The translations under genes and the position numbers were made by a program. Source: Gnetum montanum (Eukaryota; Plantae; Gnetophyta). Taken from it: a DNA stretch of 64,000 bases. Location: contig MNCI01000556.1 in NCBI GenBank assembly GCA_015680685.1, positions 1,452,202 through 1,516,201 on the forward strand. The letters run 5' to 3'. This document shows positions 51,901 to 64,000 of the stretch, one piece after another; the stretch's first letter is position 1, and the number at the start of each line of letters is the position of its first letter. The notes under the pieces are model-generated. The model searched no databases. It was given only the letters and a program-made list of their open reading frames with translations, and was not told the DNA's origin.

Positions 51901-52800
51901 AAAATAAAAACTGTACTCCTGCAAGAGCATTATGGGAGTGTATATGTGTTCATGAGAACCTATAGAAATGGGTGCATGAGCTTTAGAAAAAAAAGGACAA
52001 GCCAAGAGGAAAAATTGGAGGACTTGCAATTTCGTGATGAATTCTTAGTAGCATGTGAAAAATTAGATAGTAGCTAGAACACAGCTGAAATTAATTATGC
52101 CAAGTATTGATCAAGTGTTTAGGGCAGGAATAAATCCACCCTTGAGGTGATTGAGCAATGGATATAGTTGGACCTACTACCTGGAAAAAATTAATACTAG
52201 AAGGATTATAGCACAAAAGTGTACTAGGGGGGCAAGAATTAAAAGAATTACAAGCACCACTACAAGCAAGAATGTGAAGTGTACTATGAAAATTAATGAG
52301 ATGAGTTTGTGGAGTGCTAATCCCAAGAAATATTTCTTGATGCATTCAACAAAACACAAACTTACGAACTATTTGTAAGCAATGTAGTGGTGAGTGGAAC
52401 CCTAGAGAGACAGATCATTGTGCCTTTTGAAGAGGTAACTTCTACAACGTTTTCACTAGGGCCATCCTCATGGATAGCCATGGAAAAGGAAAAAGCTCTT
52501 GTAGGTATTGACCTTAGCAAGAAGGACTAGACACAATTATTGAAAGATGAAATCCTCCGATACTTGCAGGAAAGCCTCAATAAGATGTGCCCAGACATGG
52601 ATGTAGGCCCTTCTCAGGTTGGCCTAATTTGCATCATTTTTATTTACTTCATTATAATGTTTCATGTCACCTTATTTGTTAGCTAATTCATTGTTTTATT
52701 TTTATATAACATAGGTTCTAGGTTATGGCATAGGACCTAACAGAGCAACCAAAAAAGAGGAAGTGGAGGAACCTTGGACTCCCCCATACCCACTATAGGT
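45903..52800 (+). pseudogene. Copy 2 (most complete) of the antisense multi-exon accessory gene: basic N-terminus, FCP1/NIF-like domain, plant-transposon-protein-like region, coiled coil
   Basis: TATA-like GTATAAATA at ~45824. Candidate exons ~45903-46112, 47058-47499, 47577-47828, 47911-48633 joined to 50816-51125, 51214-~51427, ~51564-51710, 51799-52617 and 52715-~52800, separated by T-rich introns, most with GT/AG ends. NIF-like exon PILIMVELVGILCY...AVWFRLGA*EFLEFLLHQFSVMIWS...YNNNNTLFITQHLHTLF*NPPG. Later EGTWYNWANYLVNNLHAKI. Confidence 0.75.
48634..50810 (+). mobile_element. Solo LTR (2177 bp), TSD GATGG, inserted in an exon of the accessory gene
   Basis: TG...CA termini. GATGG at 48629-48633 and 50811-50815. 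TATA-like CTTATAAAAACCC at ~50240. Retains more CpG than its flanks. Confidence 0.8.
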
Positions 52801-53469
52801 TTAAATGCCCAAAATGTAACCTTGTTATTGGGTAATTTTATGCTTTTGGATATTTCATATTTTGAATGTAAACTTGAACTATATATCTTATTAATAGTTT
52901 AATGAAAATGTGATGTTTATTTTTCTATAATTTTGTTGTATCTTATGTAATGTTATTATATATTTAACTTGTCATTTGATTGATGCAATTAGGCCCTTAT
53001 GGGCCCTATGCTAATTTAAGGCCATGGCAGAAGGTCCATCACTAGTTTAAGATCATTTCAGGCCATTGTTAGTTTAAGTTCATTTTAGGCCATCACAAAT
53101 TTAAGGTTGTTTCAAGCCATCTTTGTTCTTTTTTGTTTTTGTTTTTGTTATTTTTCTTCTTTTTTTCTCATTTAAAAAGGCTAAATGAAATTTCATGAAC
53201 TAAAGAAATGAAATAGCTAATGTAGGATATAAATAATAATGCAATCATAACTATACAAGTGAAGAATAAAGGATAAGTGACACATGCAAGAAAACTAAGG
53301 GCATTCCTTAGTCGTATAGTTTTTTTCTAACCTGATGTAGGTTAGGAGGCATGTAAGGTCTAGGAGGCATAAGATAGTATTCTCCTAAACCTTCATCTAT
53401 TGCAAAGAAGGGAAATTTTTCCTAGAGGGCTTCCTCAAGGAGGTTTCTTGCCTCACTTGGTTGTTTAGA

Positions 53470-55040
53470 ATCAGCTAAACAACATTGAATTTGATTTCAA
53501 ACAAGTGGTGCATCTTTAGAGAAATCTTTGAAAAGCTTTGCCCCATGGCTATTGATGATTTGGGTTGGTTGTTTCCCATAGTGCTAGAACCCAATGCTTT
53601 GTTGTTGTTGGCCAAGGCTTTAGACACTTTGGCCATTTGCTTAATGTTGTTGGCTTTAGCTTCATCAGCCACAACTAATAGTTTTTGTCATCTTCTCTTT
53701 TTCTTTGTCCTTTTTCATATATGCATTTTTATAGGCCACATAGGCTAGGTCCTTTTGCCATGTCTTGTATGTTCTTGGGTTGAGCAAAAGCTTGGTTGAG
53801 AGAATGCGAGGCTAAGTAGTATAGTTTTGACTTAATAAAATCATTTACTACATCCTTAAAGATAGCCAAGAAGGTGAGTTTCTACTATTAGCTCATGAAT
53901 TTCATTGAGGGAAGCACTCCAATGTTATATAAATTTTTGTACTAGCTCTAGTACCCCTTGCTTGATGTTCATTAGCTAGTCTAAGATAGCCTCGGGCTTC
54001 AAGTTATACTTGAAGTGAGCTACAAATTGGCTTAGTTGCTCCTCTAAAGTTGATATGGAAGCTCTATGGAGTGCACGATACTAATCAAGGGCTTTGCTCA
54101 TTAGCGACATGGCAAAGATGTAGATGATTGTGTATTGCCATGATTCCAAAAGTAAGCATTCAAAATGGAAAGTTACTAGGTGGGTAGTGGGATCCCCCTT
54201 ACTATTTTATTTCATAAATTAAGGATGTTGGACCCCAAGAGGCAGTGTTAGCAGTGGGACTACAAGATTGATAGGATCATCTTGATAAAAGTCCATCATA
54301 TGAACCATTTCTGAGTTGGTAAATTTAAGTAGCCTAACCTCCTTCATGAGAGTTTTAATGAGTTGGAATGCTTGGTCAAAACTTGTGGATGCCACGGTAG
54401 GTTGCACTGGCTATGTATGGGTTGTGGTAGAGGGTGCTGCACATTATGGGTTGTGGTAGAGGGTGCTGCACATTATTTGGTGGCTAGCTACCATAGGCAT
54501 GGACTTAGGTTGTGAAATTGTCACTCTTGCCTCAAAGAAGGTAGATGACTATGACTGGTGCATCATGAAAGTGGAGGTCAGCTATTGGATAGAGGTGTAA
54601 AATGGACCATTGCTATCTGAATGAGACTCAAGCTCCTCTTACTCATCTTGCAGGGGCTTGTCATAGTTTGATACTACATCTTGTTCTTTCAGCCCACTTA
54701 CCCTAATAAGTTGGTCTAGGAGCCACCCAAAGGTGTTGGTAAGTAGGATGAATGCATCAAAAGTGGGAAGGAACTCCTTCACATTTCAATAAATTATTTC
54801 AAAATTGTACTTCACTTCTATTTCTTGGTGGTCTAAGGATAGGCTTTCCTAAATCTTTGCACAAAGAAAGTTATATCTTTCATCATCCAATGCCCTCTAT
54901 TCAAGTGATTGGTTATGTAGTCTAAGTGATTATTGTTGTGGTCATATAGGAATGGGGGGTTTCTTAATGTCTACTCCTCCTTGAATAGGATAAGCTACCT
55001 CCATGCTTAGGGTAGAGGTGGAAGTTTTTGTAAGATTCAT
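53470..55040 (-). pseudogene. gag remnant of element C
   Basis: DFYQDDPINLVVPLLTLPLGVQHP...GDPTTHLVTF...FVAHFKYNL; homologous to 59650-60050 and ~19150-19560. Confidence 0.8.
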
Positions 55041-55492
55041 GTTTCTATGTAGAAAAATGTAAGAAAAGAAGGTGTTGCCAGAAAATGTTCAAGTGTAGTA
55101 AATGTCAAAAAAATAGCTAAGTATGTAAACTATGAAAATAGGCCAAAAAATGAATAACTTTGGAAATGCTATCAAAAAATGACTTAATTTGGCATTACCC
55201 TCATTATTCTCTAAGGGATTATGATGCTATAAAGGGTTGTTACACCCTCTAGAACACCTAGAGCTTGATATGATGGACATAGTTAGGCTTTTGATCCTAT
55301 GGGGTTCTAGGGGAATCAACAATTGGGACCAATATACACCAATTGAACCATAGACAACTCTTGTACTACCTTATGATCTAGATATTGTTGTAGCAAGTTC
55401 ACAGGGGTGTTAGGTCTATGCTAGCTCACCACTAGTTATGAAGGTGCAAAAGGCATGTGGGACTACCCTTGAACATAGAAGGAATGGGAGTC

Positions 55493-55508
55493 TCTCCTTT
55501 TAGCACCA
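55493..55508 (-). promoter_or_regulatory. Primer binding site, tRNA-Asn, element C
   Basis: Minus strand TGGTGCTAAAAGGAGA, adjacent to the LTR end at 55514. Confidence 0.75.
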
Positions 55509-58500
55509 AAAATTATAATGTCCAAAAACATCGGTGGCTAGAACACTGACAAGTCAGTGGGCTTCTACCCTAACCCTAAATCCTTGCAAGGGCCATGCTA
55601 GAAAATAGAAATGATGTGCCCTAAATATTCTAGTCAATCAAACAAGGACTTACGTGATGTTAGAATAACCATGTGTAATAGGGGATTACACTGTGTTGCA
55701 TGTAGACACCAAGGCTAGCTAAGCTAGAGTATAGCAAGGAGTCTCAACTTGAAAATAATGATGTGAGTGTGAAAATATGTATCAAATAGTAGAAAAATGC
55801 AAGAGTTATGATTAATATTGAAGAAAAATTCTTGGAAAAGAAATGAAATAGAGCTTGAAAACAAATAAATGCACTACCCTAAAACTAGGGAGTGTAAATT
55901 TTGCTAGACAGAAGGTAAGGATGGTATGTAGCATCAGATAGGAAAAGTGGTAGCATAGTAGTGTAGTCATAGTCTATAGGACATCTATAATGTGAAGCTA
56001 GCTAAAACACCACTAATTCCAGGCTCTCATGACTTAGCACCAGAGCATTGAAACTTGGGCAAAAATTCTCTAAGTCTGATGTCATAGTATGTCGCGTAGA
56101 TAGTGTGGCACCCTGGAAGTCCTAACGTCTGCAAAGTTTTTTCTAAGTTTGTCTACCATGCTCCTTGGCATAGTCAGTGTAGCATCCATTTCCAAGGCTA
56201 TTTTTCACAATAAGGACACTAAGGATGGACTAAATTGTACGACAAATTTTCTATCTTCCAGGCCATCAAGCTTGCTATGCTCTCTAGTCTACCCAGCTTG
56301 ACACATGTCCCAGTTGCCAGTCCACCCAGATGCTAGGCTAGGAGTTGTCAAAAGTGTTTAGGATGGAGAAAATATTTTGGAAATATCTTTGGACCTGTTA
56401 CACTCTGTTATGCTACACAACATAGATAGCATAATAGGCCATGTGGGACTAAAATTTTCCTAAGTGTTGGATCAAACATGGAAGGTGCATTTGGCAATTC
56501 TTCAACCTCCAAGACTACCTTTCCTACTTCATCCTCAAAGCATGATTAGCATCCCATGTCAAAGAATTACAAGTTTGGTAAAAATTCATTCAAAATTAGA
56601 TGTTACACTGTGCTACACTACATAGCATAGACAACATAGCAAAGCTGCCAAGGTAAAAAATCTCCCAAGTATGAAATAAAGAGGTATCAAGCTCTTTCAA
56701 CATGAAAAGTGTAGTTTCTGGTTGTTGGAGTTGCTTTCCTTGCTAAATCTCATAGTGGTGTTTTTAATTTTTAATGAAATTCATTGGAAAATGATGCTAC
56801 ACTATGCATCATAGACAACGTAGTAGGACAAAACTACAAATTTTCTTTAAGTGTTCATTCTACACTTTGTTACACTAGACAACGTAGACCATGTAACACT
56901 TGGAAAAAGTTTCCAAAAGTTCCTAGATCTCATCATCAACCTTCATTCCTACTTCAGCATCTCTTTGGCAACCAAAATCAGAAGTTTTTCTTATTTTTGA
57001 ATCCCCTATTGGTCCTCAAAGTTGTCCCTATGCTAGACCCTACTTGGAAGAGGAGGGAAGACGTAGTCTCGGAGCATAAGCTCTAATTTGCATTTGTTCT
57101 AGGAATTTTTGTAAGTACATGGTAGTTCTTCAAACTTTGGCACATGTGGTTTCAGCAATATGGTAACAGTTTGATAGATTTTCAGTCCTTTTTCTTGTTT
57201 TGCAGTGCATAACACCATTGGGTATAATAATTTAAGTGTAGCATATCAGCGGGACACATTCATGATTATGCTACATGGGACCTAGCGCACGTGGCATCCA
57301 AGCCATGTTTTTCCTCGAACCCTAGCTCTATAAATACCCCAGTAATTGACATTCTAATGGTTAGCTTCATAGTTGGCTTTGGTAGGTAATTAGAAAGAAA
57401 AAGGTTGATGAGTGGCAAATCTCAGTATTAAGAGCATTTCTAATGTCTACCTCACTCCTGAACTTGAACATGATAGTTGCACCTCACACCCACATAGCGT
57501 AGTAACTGCTAGCCCAACAAGCTTCAACTACTTTCTCTTAGCATCGCATCTGTAATGACCTAAAAACTGTGACCATGTTACCTTGATGTCTAGCTATGCC
57601 TGTCTAACATTGTGTACTAGTTGTACACATCATTTGATCAAAATTCATATTCCCCAATCTTGGGGCAGCGCATTTCATCACTTGCACTATCATTTTATTT
57701 TTCTACAACACATATTTTAAATTCTTATCATACCTATTTATTTCTATTATCATGATGCACACACATTGATACTATCTCATTGTTATGCATGTTACATTCT
57801 TGCTTATTCCAACTCCTACATGTGACGCTCTAAAATCATTATTTGCAAATGGTTATTGGACACCACATAAGTCCCTGACTAATCAACCAGATCATTTAGG
57901 GTGCCCTCTTTCCATTGTCTCTATCATGGCCCTCCCACAGATTTGGGCTAAGATAGTGCACCTATTGAACTTTTGGTGTTCTAGCCATCGATTTTTTCAG
58001 ATGCTACAATTTTTGGTGTTAGAAGAAGGGCCTAAACCTTCATGTTCCTTTTATGTGCCATGGATAGTCCTATGTGCTTTTTGTACCTCCATCACTCGCA
58101 ATAATCTTGTGTAAATGTAAGCCTTGTGCACTTGCTATGGTAGTAGCTAGATCATAGGCCAATGTAAGGGTTGTTTATGTTTCAATTGATATAGTTGGGT
58201 TCTAGTTGACGGTTCCCCTGGAACCACATAAGACAAAAAGCCCAAATCTATGTTCTACATTAAGCTCTTTATGTTCCATGTATCATGACACATATAGTGT
58301 AACACATGTAGTGTAAGAACCCTGTTAGTGTGATAGTCCTACCTAACATAACGAGTGTAACTACACAAGTTACTATTTTTTCAACATTTTTAGACTTTGC
58401 AATTTTTGGCCTCTTTTTGGTGCAGCTTACCTATTTAAGCGTTTTAACTCAAAATTTACTATATTCCACCAATTCTCTTAAGTTTCTTTACTTATTATGT

Positions 58501-61500
58501 ATTTTTTCACACAGTAAAGATGAACCCACCTAGCACCTCAGCTACCACCTTGAGCTTGGAGATAGCTCATCCATTGTAACATGTGATGGCTCTTGAATGA
58601 CCACTTAGCCTAGTGCACCCACAATGGTAGTCTCTTCAACTATAGCATCAATCACCTAAATGCATGGCATGTGATGAGGAGTAATATAAATTCTTATGTG
58701 CAAAGATCCAAGCAGGCCTATCATTGGACTGTCAAGAATTTGAAGAAAAGTGCAACATTGAAATTATTCACTAGAATGGAAGTGAGTTCCTTCCTACTCT
58801 TGATTCCATCATAGCACTCACTAAAATATTTTAGTGGATATTGAACCAACATATTCAACTAAGTTAGTAAAAAGAGCAAGACACAGTGTCTCACTATGAG
58901 GAAACCCTTCATGATGGGCAAGAGGATTTTGAGTTCCATTCTGAAGGTGATGGCCTACTCTATGCTACAACCTCATGGTCCACCTCTATATTTATTTCAC
59001 ACCAATCATAATACTCCATCTCTTTTGTCATAGCTACAACACTTCCATAGTTCAAACCTTCCTTGGTGGTAGGAAGCCATCAAATGTTTTCAACGCAATA
59101 GCATGTAGGTCCTTTAGCCTCCTTTCCCTTTAGTACTCCTTCATAGTCTATTTAGTTTTCTCAACCAACATCTATGATGCCTACATTACCATATGTACAC
59201 ACATGACTATGTCATAATTGCAAATGAGCCCTACCTCCATTACCTCCTCTATGCCAATTCCACCACTAGTAGTAGATTCAACCTCAACTGCATGGTGGGA
59301 AACGACATCCTTTCCTACTTTCCAGTCATATCAGATACCACAATATATCCAACCCCAAACATACCAAGCTTCACATATGGTATAGCCAACTATAGGGTTG
59401 TGGGCTACTTTGACAACGAGGTAGGTACCCATTCCCATAGCACCACCAATGGTAGTTTCTCTAGTGACACCACCCACAGGGTTGTGAGCTACTCAAATAG
59501 TGCCACCGATGGGAACTACTTCAACAACAGCACCAATGGGAATGGTAGCTACACTAATAGCACCACCAATGATGGCTACTCTGATGATGTCATTGGTAGT
59601 CCAACTAATGCAACCTTTTGTACCACCTCTGGGTATAGACCAAGCCTTTCAACTTATTCAAACCTCACTAATGAAGTCAAGCAGCTTAAAGCTACCAAAT
59701 TTGAAATAGTCCATGTAATGGACTTTTATCAGGATGATCCTATTAGCCCCATCATGCCTTTGCTCACATTGCCTCTCAAGGTACAACTTCCCCAGTTTAC
59801 AAAATACAATGGAGAGGGTGATCGAAACACTCATCTAGTTACTTTTTGATTCGAGTCCTTATTATTACAACTATGATGACATGTGATCATTTATGTTTTT
59901 TCCATGTCATTGACTGGAAAATATATAGAATGGTATCGTGCACTTCCTCATACGTCTATTTCAACACTAAAAGAATTGCTAAGTTAGTTTGTCACTCACT
60001 TCAAGTACAACTTGAATCCAAAAGTGACCTTAGACTAACTCATGAATGTCAAACAATAACCATTAGAACTTTTCCAGAAATTCATATAATGCTGGAGTGC
60101 TAACTTCAATGAAATTCATGAGCCAATTGCTGAAGCCCATCTATTAGCCATTTTCAAGGGTGCTATGAATGATTTTATCAAATCTAAGCTATACTATTTA
60201 GCACCATGCACCCTTAGTTAGGATTTTTCATAGATAAAGAGTATACAAGATGTAGTAGAGGCTAGTAGAGTTCTATCTTATATAGCTTACAAAAACACAC
60301 ATGCAAAGAAAGAGAAGGAAAAGGGAAAGGCTGCAACAACCACTATGGCCATTATAGCTAATGAAACCAAGCCTAATAACAACAAGTAGGGTACCAAAAT
60401 GCCTAAGTCCACAACCACTATAGGTAAAACATCAATCTATAGCAACATGGAAGCTAGGAAACCTCCAGTGTCAATGGCCATGGCACAAACTTTGTCAAGG
60501 TCAAATTTTGAGCGTATTGACCACTCAAAACACACTTCATTTCCAATTAAGCCATTAGAGCTATTAGATCAAATGTTGAGTGTTGGGTGCATTCAATATA
60601 AGAAAATGTTAGAGGAGGCCTGCAAACAGCATGAGAGGTATTGTGAGATCCTTCGAGACCCCTCTATAGCTATGCCTAAGGATCCTCCAGTGCCTAGAAT
60701 TTTAGGCTAGAATTCTTCTATAATTATCACCAATTTTGTGGCCATGACATGGACTACTACTTGGCATTGAAAGATGAAATTCAATGTATGATTGATCAAG
60801 GTAACTTGATCCTTGACAAAAATAGTCATGTCTGACTAGAAAACCAATCTATGAATGTCTATAAGGACTTTTTGAATGCTAATAGTGTAGGCTATACCAT
60901 TAACGCTATTAGTGTTGACAATAATGTAGAAGCAACACATAAGCTGTTTATGGTTCATGCACCATCTCAAGGTGCTAAAGCTTCAATGTCACCTAGGTCA
61001 CAGCCCCCTTTTGTCATTAAAATATCATCCCAGGGGCCCATCACATCTTTTGTAATTAAGGCCCCTCAACATGCCTCTACAACAACTTAGGCACTTTTGT
61101 TATAAGAGTGCCAAAGCATACAAACTCACCACCTACCCAGAGTCTAGTGATTGGAACTGCATCACAACCTTCTCACCTAAGGAAATGTGATAAGTATCTA
61201 TTTGAAAAAATGACTAGGGAATGCATTACAATAGGCCCCCCTAAGCCAACCCCCTTATCATCAGTTCCCATGGCAACATTACCTAAAGATAAGATGTAAA
61301 TGCATTCAAAACAAGCAAATACCAAAGTCCATAAGCCCACTACTCTAACAAAGGTCAAGTCTTCTCCTCCTTAGGAAATATATCTTTCAAGACATATAGA
61401 GGAAACAAAAACCACCAAACACATGGATAGTAGACAAGATTTCTTAGATACACTAACATAGGTTAGATAAGCTTTAAAGTAAAAAAATACAACTTTAAGC

Positions 61501-61663
61501 TTGTACAATTTAATAATGACTTCTGCTACACATCATGAGGCTTTGATCCATATGATGGCATCTATTCCTATTAAGGAAGATATGCCACCAAAGGAAAAAG
61601 CCATTCATGCCATTATGCTTCCATCTACAGCTGAAGATTCACTGACAACATACTTGACTTTCC

Positions 61664-62125
61664 ATGATAAAGCACGCTGATGTTGAAAGGGGTGAAGTAA
61701 CCACTATCCCTATGTTTATAACAATTCATGTAGGCCAATATAGGATTGACAAGGTGCATGTTGATGATGGGATAACAACCAATGTAATTCCATCCCTTGT
61801 TGTTGACAAGTTGGGCCTGGTGGATCAAATCAAGCCCACAAAAACTTCTTATTTGAAGTTGTTCAACGGGGCATGCATTGTGGTCAAGGGAACTGTCACT
61901 ATCAACTTTGTAGTAGGCGATCAATTCCCCACTAGTGTAGAATTCATCATGGTAGAAGAAATTCTTAGGTTCAATTTTATTTTGGGAAGATCTTGGTTAG
62001 CCCAACTATGGGCTGTCTCTTCATCGATACACCAGGAGATCCACCTACCCTATGCAGGTGGAGAGGTGATGATATTTGGTGATGAGGTAGCCCCTCAGGC
62101 TATCAACAATATAAAAATGGAGTAA
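61664..62125 (+). pseudogene. Retrotransposon aspartic protease domain of element D
   Basis: KVHVDDGITTNVIP...FNFILGRSWLAQLWAVSSSIHQEIHLP; open across the domain, but upstream gag is broken. Confidence 0.88.
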
Positions 62126-62460
62126 CGGTTGGAAATAGAACTCTTCAAAGACATGTAACCTGTCCATATTAAAACCCAATGTTGTTTCACCAATAAGTTA
62201 GACAAAAGTAATGACCTACACTAAGAAACTATATGGGTAGAGTTGCCTTTTTTCAATAGTAGATGATAACTTAGAGGAGTATCACCTTAAATACTCTAGG
62301 CCATATGCCCCACCTAACCCCCATTGAGTTATGAAATAGTTACACAATTAGGACATATCCCTACTTTACTTCTCTAATTCCTTTATCTTTAACATTTTTG
62401 TTTATATAGTTTTGATTTTGTATTGTATTTACCTTTCACATTAGTTATATCAAATGGCCC

Positions 62461-62640
62461 AAAATGGCCTTAAACTAGTTACAACCCAAAATGGCCTTAA
62501 ATTAGCTACAGCCTAAAATGGCCTTAAACTAGCTATGGCTCAAAATGGCCTTAAACTAACTATGGCCTGAAATGGCCTTAAACTAGCTATGGCCCGAAAT
62601 GGCCTTAAACTAGCTACGACCTAAAATGGCCTTAAACTAG
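62461..62640 (+). repeat. 27-bp tandem repeat, ~6.7 copies (AAAATGGCCTTAAACTAGCTAYRRCCY)
   Basis: Directly visible. The same core (CTAGTTTAAGGCCAT on the other strand) occurs at ~11170-11250, 13350-13440, 16200-16760, 32100-32310, 45545-45570 and 53000-53120. Confidence 0.95.
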
Positions 62641-62779
62641 AGCATGGGGCCTGCAAGGGACCTAACTACATCAACAAAAATGCTAGGAAAAAGAAATACA
62701 ACAAACCTCTTACTTTTCATTAAACTGTAAATGAAATACATAGTCTAAAATTATGTTTACATTTAGAGTTGCAACATTT

Positions 62780-64000
62780 CCCAACAATGGGGGTTACATT
62801 TCAAAATTTTAAAATATCAATTAGTAGGTTATGGGTTCTCTCCTATGTCTTTATCCACTACCTCGCTAGGTCCTACATCCTTATTTGAATCCTGCATAAA
62901 TCAAAAACAAAACAATAAACCAATGAGTGAGCAAGGCAATGCATAAGGCTATCATGAAATAAATTGCAATAAAATAGACTTTGCTAACCTAAGATGGGCC
63001 TGCATCCATGTCTGGTGGTATTTTGTCAAGGCAAGATGCCAAGCACCAAAGGATTTCCTTCTCAGTCAAATTTGCCTAGTCTTCCTCCTCTAAATCAATG
63101 CCAGTTATGATTTTCCCTTTCTCCATGGCCATCCATGTGGGTGGCCTTAGAGAAAATGTGGTGGATGTGGCCTCTCTAGAAGGTAGGGTCATTTCCCTCT
63201 TAGAAGATTCATTGACCACTAAGTGTTTCAAAAATTTATCATAGGCCTAGGTAGCACCAATTGCATCAAGGAATAGCTCACAACCTCACCATTCTATAGA
63301 CACCTCTCTATACTTTTGGCGGTAAGTAGCATGTTCCATTTTCTACATATGTTTATGATTCATAGTTCACGAGATCCATTCATATACCTTGGTGCTATAA
63401 TCTTTTCAATCTTGATTCTTCTAGACCAAGAGATCCATTTGTAGACATTGTTCAATTATTTCATGTGTGGCCTCATTTTTTCCCTTGATGGTCAACCAAT
63501 ATCTGGCATAATCAATTACAGCCATATGCCAACTAACATCTAAATTATCACAAGCCATTATGAATTCATTTCATGACTATAGGTCTTCTAGTTTATCTAC
63601 CTAAGTCACTTTTTCTTTTTTGAGTTTCTGAACTCATTTCTAGAGTTCTTCATTGATGCGCCTACACTCCCATAATGATCATGCTGAGTGTAGAACACAT
63701 TTTCTTGCCTCATCATATACATGAAAAGGCACCTCTATTACCTTAGAGGGAGTTCAGGCACAACCTCCACTTCAACTACTTGTTTGAAGTCCCATTTAAG
63801 TCATGAAGTTGTTATACCAAAAACCAAGGAAATTTTAGTCATAAGACAGTGTCAAAAAAATAAAAATAAAAAGAAAATGAAATAGCCTAGATGCACCTAT
63901 CTCAGGATTGATTTACTTTAAGTGATGGATCATATCATCCACTACACCTTGCATAAAAGAAGTAGATGAAGACTCAGGGCCCTTAGTAGCAGTAGTACCT
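62780..64000 (-). pseudogene. Copy 3 (3' exons) of the antisense accessory gene, in element D
   Basis: Reverse complement of 62990-63780 aligns with 51830-52620 (e.g. CCAGACATGGATGYAGGCCC; peptides MMRQEN, LWEC). The last intron (~62893-62988) is at the same position as 52618-52714. Confidence 0.8.

Larger units (their letters stand above)
28581..56000 (-). mobile_element. Element C: large Tat-lineage (Ogre/Retand-like) LTR retrotransposon: LTR-PBS-gag-(protease deleted)-antisense cassette-RT-RH-aRH-INT-LTR; host of element F and a solo LTR
   Basis: LTR homology between 28581-29070 and 55514-56000. PBS at 55493-55508, gag at ~53470-55040, RT at ~44200-45100, RH at ~43782-44200, aRH at ~33650-34090, integrase at ~32370-33500. 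Confidence 0.75.
56010..64000 (+). mobile_element. Element D: Tat-lineage element (5' LTR to 58008, PBS 58014-58030, gag, protease, repeat array, start of the antisense cassette); runs off the window
   Basis: LTR end GATGCTACA, PBS TGGTGTTAGAAGAAGGG, gag LPQFTKYNGEGDRNTHLVTF, protease ORF 61664-62125. Confidence 0.85.

Noticed and set aside
59193-59849. 218-aa T/N/S-rich ORF as a novel gene
   Set aside because: It is an off-frame reading of the Pro/Thr-rich gag N-terminus that shifts into true gag near its end.
62461-62640. CRISPR-like look (conserved core plus variable part)
   Set aside because: The variable parts are only ~9 nt and related to each other, there are no cas genes, and the context is a eukaryotic retrotransposon. 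It is a simple 27-bp tandem repeat.
1-64000. Species assignment
   Set aside because: Element sequences look gymnosperm-like, but nothing here is diagnostic without a database search.

Overview
AT-rich, CpG-depleted plant nuclear DNA. The gag and protease sequences resemble gymnosperm-type Ty3/gypsy elements, but the species cannot be determined. I found no intact protein-coding gene; most ORFs in the track are shadows of decayed repeats. From left to right: (1) an intron-poor alpha-amylase pseudogene on the minus strand (~1984-3967), split by an insertion; (2) a ~455-bp tandem duplication; (3) a chromovirus-like gypsy remnant lacking RT; (4) a deep nest of Tat-lineage (Ogre/Retand-like) LTR retrotransposons with tRNA-Asn primer binding sites, labelled A (~11-13 kb), B (13.5-22.2 kb), C (28.6-56.0 kb) and D (56.0 kb to the end); (5) a younger gag-protease-only element F (34224-43776, CTATG target-site duplication), whose 3.5-kb LTRs carry host gene fragments including aminoacylase-1; (6) a solo LTR (48634-50810, GATGG target-site duplication). 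The most unusual signal is an antisense, multi-exon gene between gag-protease and RT-RH-aRH-INT of the Tat elements, seen in three diverged copies. It encodes an FCP1/NIF-like (HAD) domain lacking the catalytic aspartates, followed by a plant-transposon-protein-like region and a coiled coil. Several non-coding regions also carry palindromic motifs spaced about 180-195 bp apart. All alignments and translations were done by eye. Boundaries without a target-site duplication are approximate.
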